Below the pieces are notes generated by a model that had not been told where the DNA came from, made no database searches, and saw nothing but the letters and a program-made list of their open reading frames with translations. Below are positions 32,286-36,871 of a DNA stretch of 36,871 nucleotides, piece by piece. A program made the translations under genes and the position numbers. The DNA is from Stramenopiles sp. TOSAG23-3 (Eukaryota): the NCBI GenBank assembly GCA_900128585.1, contig LT642194.1, forward strand, positions 1 to 36,871, in the 5' to 3' direction. Position 1 is the stretch's first letter. Every line of letters begins with the position of its first letter.

Positions 32286-32396
32286 CAAATTATATGTAGT
32301 ATGCTAAAATAATACTGAACGAATGCTGTTATTTAGAACACTTCTTAGAAAATATCAATATAAACTATTTAAGAACTTGAACAATCTATCCTCTAC

Positions 32397-33446
32397 TTAT
32401 TGTTGAGCGCCTCGCAAAATCTCTACATTTCTTTGAAACTCGTCTGCACCACCATCTTCTCCCCGATGTGATGATTCAAACAATTCCGAAGGGGTTTGGT
32501 TAGTTTTTTCATCGGAGACAGTCAAATACTCGGGGAAAGTTTTCACAATCCATTTAATCAAATGGTGGTTTCTAACATCATATATTGCGTAATACAGCAA
32601 CGTGCGATTGTTCGATCCTCTCCAGTTTTTAATCTTTTCTTTCAAACCTGTCTTTTCGTATAGGAATTGGACAATGTCCGAACTGGCACCAAACATGATG
32701 GCATTTACAATAGGGAGCCAACCGCCTTGAATTACGCTTAGCTGAGGATAGGAACCATCGACTTCTTCATCTTGTGAGGCCAGCAACGACTTGACGTGCT
32801 CTAATGTGGTCTTTCCCCACTTGTTGTGTCCGTCTACTCTCAATGAGGTCACCATCTCGGCGCAATTGGTACCATTGTTTAACTCTTCAGTATTTACATT
32901 CTGCTTCTCGAGATGATCACTATTATTCCTTTCTTTCGTTGCAACAACTTTCGTTTGCGAACTAGTGTAGTGTTCCACCGTGCTTGCCACGTCGGTAAGG
33001 TGGTGCTCAGACTCGAGACTATTGTAGTTTATGGCCAAATCTAGCGCCGAAATTCCATTGTCGTTGGTAACTGCAGCCCATTCAGGACTGATAGACAGCA
33101 AAAACGGGATATCCTCGTGTCGATTTTTCCAGGCTGCTATATGTAGCAAGGTGCTCCCGTCGTCCGACCGCCAATCTATAGTTCCTTTCAAGTTCGTTTT
33201 TGCCATATACTGGACAACGTTTAATTTTGCTCCATGAAAAATTGCATAATATATAGGTATCGTCTTGTATTTATGCAAATGTTTGTCTCCATGATCGACC
33301 TCGTTCAATATGTCGTGCCCAACAGCCATGGCATTTTCTACAAGCGTTTGTATGTGCTGCCTCGTTGTCGATTTCCAGTGGGCTGCGTCCGGCCACTGCT
33401 CGTTACTAACTTCCAGCATCTTTCTTACCAGCATTTTCTCGTCCAT
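32397..33446 (-). CDS. Ankyrin-repeat protein made of two diverged homologous modules
   Basis: DGSTLLHIAAWKN and NGISALDLAINY; two modules of pattern W..TT..H...L / PI..AI..GA..V(V)Q / WR....TLL..A. First in-frame ATG is at 33446; the upstream part of the ORF-track call looks like UTR. Confidence 0.7.
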   Translation of the reverse strand: MDEKMLVRKMLEVSNEQWPDAAHWKSTTRQHIQTLVENAMAVGHDILNEVDHGDKHLHKYKTIPIYYAIFHGAKLNVVQYMAKTNLKGTIDWRSDDGSTLLHIAAWKNRHEDIPFLLSISPEWAAVTNDNGISALDLAINYNSLESEHHLTDVASTVEHYTSSQTKVVATKERNNSDHLEKQNVNTEELNNGTNCAEMVTSLRVDGHNKWGKTTLEHVKSLLASQDEEVDGSYPQLSVIQGGWLPIVNAIMFGASSDIVQFLYEKTGLKEKIKNWRGSNNRTLLYYAIYDVRNHHLIKWIVKTFPEYLTVSDEKTNQTPSELFESSHRGEDGGADEFQRNVEILRGAQQ

Positions 33447-33746
33447 TTTTTCCCACGCTAAATGAAAAACAAGATTTAAGGGAAAGGTTTTCTTTTCGAT
33501 GTGAAATGAACCGAAACCATTTTGATTCCGCTGTTTATTTTTTATACACCATTGAATATTCCTGTTAGCAATGCAGCGGATAAATGTGGCCGTGAACCCT
33601 GTTGATACATCGTCATTATTACTCCCTCTTCTCTGCACCAGGACACACCATTGGAAAAAGCATCCTTCTTCTTCTATTTTTTTATTAGTATTAATAAATA
33701 TATGCGAAAATGAGAAAACCAATGCTATTGGTATATATAATAATTA

Positions 33747-33788
33747 ATTTGGACTCGTATATAATTTATTTGGACTCGTATATAATTT
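33747..33788 (+). repeat. Perfect 21-bp tandem duplication ATTTGGACTCGTATATAATTT x2
   Basis: Identical units at 33747-33767 and 33768-33788. Confidence 0.9.
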
Positions 33789-34375
33789 TAAGTTAATATT
33801 TTAGGAACTAATTACTCCTCCTTCCTCCTCATTGTATTCTTATAATTTAATAAATAATAGACTTATTACTCGTATACATCGATCATAGCTAAAAAAATGC
33901 AATAATGCGAAAAAGAAAAAAAATTTAAACCAACACAACACACTCCATGATTCCATTGATTGGATTGATGCATCTTCTCACATATGAATTTCTAAAAATA
34001 ATTTTTTGTATTTAAAATTGTTTTTTTGTTGTTATATATACCTCGTACTTGTTATAATAGTATGGATCCGTTATTAAAAATATTTAATTTATAATAAAAG
34101 GATTATAAATCATCGTCGTATGTGTACGTGTACACATATAAAGTATAGATACCAATATAAAAAAGAGAAGTAGTATTAATGCATAGTGCGGGAATTAGAA
34201 TCATTATCCTACCCTCTCTCTAAAACGTTAACAATCCCTCGCGCAAGATCTTGTTGAAGCTCAAAGTTTGTGGGAAAAAATTGCATCGATTGAAAGTGCT
34301 GCCAGAGTTGCGTCTCAACTGAGGTACAGTGGTTTTTCGCTCGCTTCATTGTACGAGAACAGACGCTGCGGGACC

Positions 34376-36712
34376 ATGCAGTTCGATCGGCGCATGGCCA
34401 AGCTGTTCACGGCCCTTACAAGATCCAGTATAAAACGCACAAAGAAAGACATTAGACTTATAGACGCATGCTTGTCCAAGCACCTACAGAAAGCTTTGAA
34501 CCAAGTAAAAATGGGAACGTTTAACGAGCATACAATTAGATTGATCTGTCAAAAGATCAAAGTCATGCAGCATGGCGTAATTGCCCGAGAAAATCGTCAG
34601 AGCGGGATTGGTGCTGTTGGCCCTTTATACAGCTGCAAGGGTGAGGCAAGTGCCGTGTACATAGTTCTTCAGGGCGAAGTATGCATACGAAACCACCTAG
34701 TGGACTCCAAATTGGAAGACATGATAAACCACGATTACCAGAGTGCCATATTCCACACAAACCAGAGCATGATGCATGTACAAAACTTCTTGCATGAATT
34801 TCTGGAAATCTACAAAACTCACCTGAAGCGTCTGCAAGGGCTCCCTGGTGCAGATAAAAATGACTGTACTGTGGGGACAAACGTTGTGGAGGAAGTAAGG
34901 AGTCAGTTCGAAAAGCTGCAAGTAGCGCTGTCCCATGCAAAGACTGTTATGAGCAAATGGGTAGACGGTTGCCTGAAAGTTTTGGAGACCAAAAAAGCAC
35001 GGCTCCCGTTGCGATCGGCCAAAGGGGCCGAACGTGTATTTGACGAAGGTATGGCCATTTTAAACACTTTAGACTCCCTGGCGACAAACATGCTAAATTT
35101 TCGAGCATTGCAGAAACGAGTCCGCCAAACGCTGTCAATAGTCGACCAAAAGGCTCCTAGTGCAAAGCACCCCGAAGAAAAGCTTTGGGAATTGTACGTC
35201 CATTTTCACTGCATCGAGGAGCTTTTCTTTCAATTCTTGCTGCTGTTCTGCCCGGAAGAAAGGCGTGCTGAGCTGTTCTCGTGGGAGTACTGCAGTGATA
35301 GAATGGAGAGTTTGCCGTCTCCCGTCCTTGCAAAGTGCTTGTGGGCAGAGTCTGTGTCCCGGCACCATGGCGTAAAGATTAAGTCCATACGGGCGTGGGA
35401 GGGTATGGACACACTCGGAGAGGAAACCTTTCAGTCCAAGTCTCCTAAATACAAACAAACTGCCGTTTGTACGGGTTCTAAAAGGGCATCTTTTGCAGTT
35501 ATTTTTCGAAAAGACATTTTGCCGATTTTGCAGGAGGGCTTTAAGCAGGAAATGGTCGACAAGACTGTATTTTTCCGAGGGCTATCGGCGTTCAGCAACT
35601 GGAGCACCGGGAAGGCAGTCGACATGATCTACAAAATGGAAACGGAAACGTTTAAGAAAGGGGCGAAGCTAATCTCGCGCGGGACAAAAGCAAAGTACGT
35701 CTATTTGGTCTACGAAGGCTGGGTCTCTGTCATTACTCCTTCCTCGGAGCCGAAAGACACGAAACGAACCCTTTTCGGCATCGACCCAAACGATGGCTAC
35801 GCTGGTAAGCATATGTGCGATGCAGGGCCCGGATCGATCGTAGGGGAGGCAGCAGTTCTCAGGGGGACAAAAACCCACGGGATGACGGAGATCATTGCCA
35901 AATCGGACGGGGTGACCACGCTGAAGCTAAACCGTGGACACTTCGAAGATTTTGTGTTGACTTCCAGTAGCACGCTGGCCTCCTTGCAGGAAATGCGACG
36001 AGCAAGAATAGAATCCAGAAGGAAGTGGCGGAGCCGACACTCGGAACTAGACAGTAAATACAATTTCAATCTTCCAATGGTGCAAAGTGTCTTTACCAGT
36101 CTGTACTCGATCAAAGATCATGTTGAGAGGGCAGAAATTGTGCATGGCCGACAAAAGTACGTCGATGAGAAGAACAGAAGCAAGAAGAATCAATACATTC
36201 CTGAGCTTGATGATCCCCACCCTTTGCGAATGAGAATGCGGAAAGAGGAGGTTATTGAAGACAGCGACCTAGACGATGAGGCAATGACAAAAAGTGCGCG
36301 TGCCCTGTTGGGATCGGAGCAGGACATACTGCTGGCGCTGAAAGAAGGCATGAAGGTCGAAGAACAGAACAAGAAAGCAGAGAAAGTGTCCAAAAGGCCA
36401 ACCCTGAATATTCGAAGAACAACGAAACGGAGAAACGTCCACATGAGGGCCGACAACGTTATTGGGGAAGACAACATTGAAGTCAGACTACCGAGGATCG
36501 AACTGCTGCGTAAAATGAGGATGGCGCTGCTTGAAACTGATGGGATGGGCACCCCACAGACCGTTGAGAAGGATGCTGGTGACAGTATCAATACGGATAT
36601 AAACATGAAGGGGCCAATGCTGAAAGCCCTGAATTCCCCAAAAGAAAAACGAGCTCCGAGAGGAGGGCGCATCAGCACACCGGGTCAGAGGGTTCGGCCA
36701 ACCTTGGCCTAA
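34376..36712 (+). CDS. Cyclic-nucleotide-binding-domain protein (CNBD1/2-like)
   Basis: RTKKDIRLI lead-in; VYIVLQGEV...LGE (CNB1, interrupted); FKKGAKLISRGTKAKYVYLVYEGWVSV...GPGSIVGE (CNB2). First ATG at 34376 (ACCATG); in-frame TAA upstream at 34229. Confidence 0.8.
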   Translation: MQFDRRMAKLFTALTRSSIKRTKKDIRLIDACLSKHLQKALNQVKMGTFNEHTIRLICQKIKVMQHGVIARENRQSGIGAVGPLYSCKGEASAVYIVLQGEVCIRNHLVDSKLEDMINHDYQSAIFHTNQSMMHVQNFLHEFLEIYKTHLKRLQGLPGADKNDCTVGTNVVEEVRSQFEKLQVALSHAKTVMSKWVDGCLKVLETKKARLPLRSAKGAERVFDEGMAILNTLDSLATNMLNFRALQKRVRQTLSIVDQKAPSAKHPEEKLWELYVHFHCIEELFFQFLLLFCPEERRAELFSWEYCSDRMESLPSPVLAKCLWAESVSRHHGVKIKSIRAWEGMDTLGEETFQSKSPKYKQTAVCTGSKRASFAVIFRKDILPILQEGFKQEMVDKTVFFRGLSAFSNWSTGKAVDMIYKMETETFKKGAKLISRGTKAKYVYLVYEGWVSVITPSSEPKDTKRTLFGIDPNDGYAGKHMCDAGPGSIVGEAAVLRGTKTHGMTEIIAKSDGVTTLKLNRGHFEDFVLTSSSTLASLQEMRRARIESRRKWRSRHSELDSKYNFNLPMVQSVFTSLYSIKDHVERAEIVHGRQKYVDEKNRSKKNQYIPELDDPHPLRMRMRKEEVIEDSDLDDEAMTKSARALLGSEQDILLALKEGMKVEEQNKKAEKVSKRPTLNIRRTTKRRNVHMRADNVIGEDNIEVRLPRIELLRKMRMALLETDGMGTPQTVEKDAGDSINTDINMKGPMLKALNSPKEKRAPRGGRISTPGQRVRPTLA

Positions 36713-36871
36713 CGCGGCGCAGTGTGTATACAGGCAATCTCTTGGCGAACTTTCAAAGTTCATCTAAAGATTAGAAACTTAAAATTTATTCCTATAAAAT
36801 ATTCTTCTGCCCTGCGTTTTTTTTTTAATTCTAAATATCTCTTTTTGAGTTTGAAATTTTTTTCTTCTTTC

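Noticed and set aside
33447-33722. ORF-track N-terminal extension of the ankyrin gene (likewise 34268-34375, 27903-27941, 9277-9321)
   Set aside because: These start at TTG/GTG; eukaryotic initiation at the first ATG is more plausible and the extensions look like UTR.

Overview
Gene-dense eukaryotic (protist) nuclear DNA in the standard genetic code. It holds 17 protein-coding genes, all apparently intronless, separated by very AT-rich, low-complexity spacers. Recognisable products: a nodulin-like MFS transporter (frameshifted), a Tim17/22-family protein, a MAK/ICK kinase, DNAAF1/ODA7, augmin subunit 7, ACOT9-type thioesterase, a KIAA0825-like protein, an MLO fused to four EF-hands, class-3 ALDH, a GOST/GPR107-like 7TM protein, eIF3i, a TPR protein, an F-box-like/ankyrin protein, a tandem 2OG-Fe(II) oxygenase, a second ankyrin protein and a CNBD2-like protein. 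One further gene encodes an unidentified, probably beta-propeller protein. The ciliary genes imply a flagellated organism; a stramenopile is plausible but is only an inference. The most unusual signal is non-coding. A short element (core GAAAATTGGCTGTTATTTAAGTAAT) occurs four times, only in gene 3' flanks. Three copies are bracketed by different 10-15 bp direct repeats resembling target-site duplications, and two copies form an inverted pair. Recurrent intergenic motifs (AGACGACT, CTCGTA, CGTGTACA) and a chain of overlapping palindromes are also reported. All family assignments come from motif recognition by eye; no searches were run.
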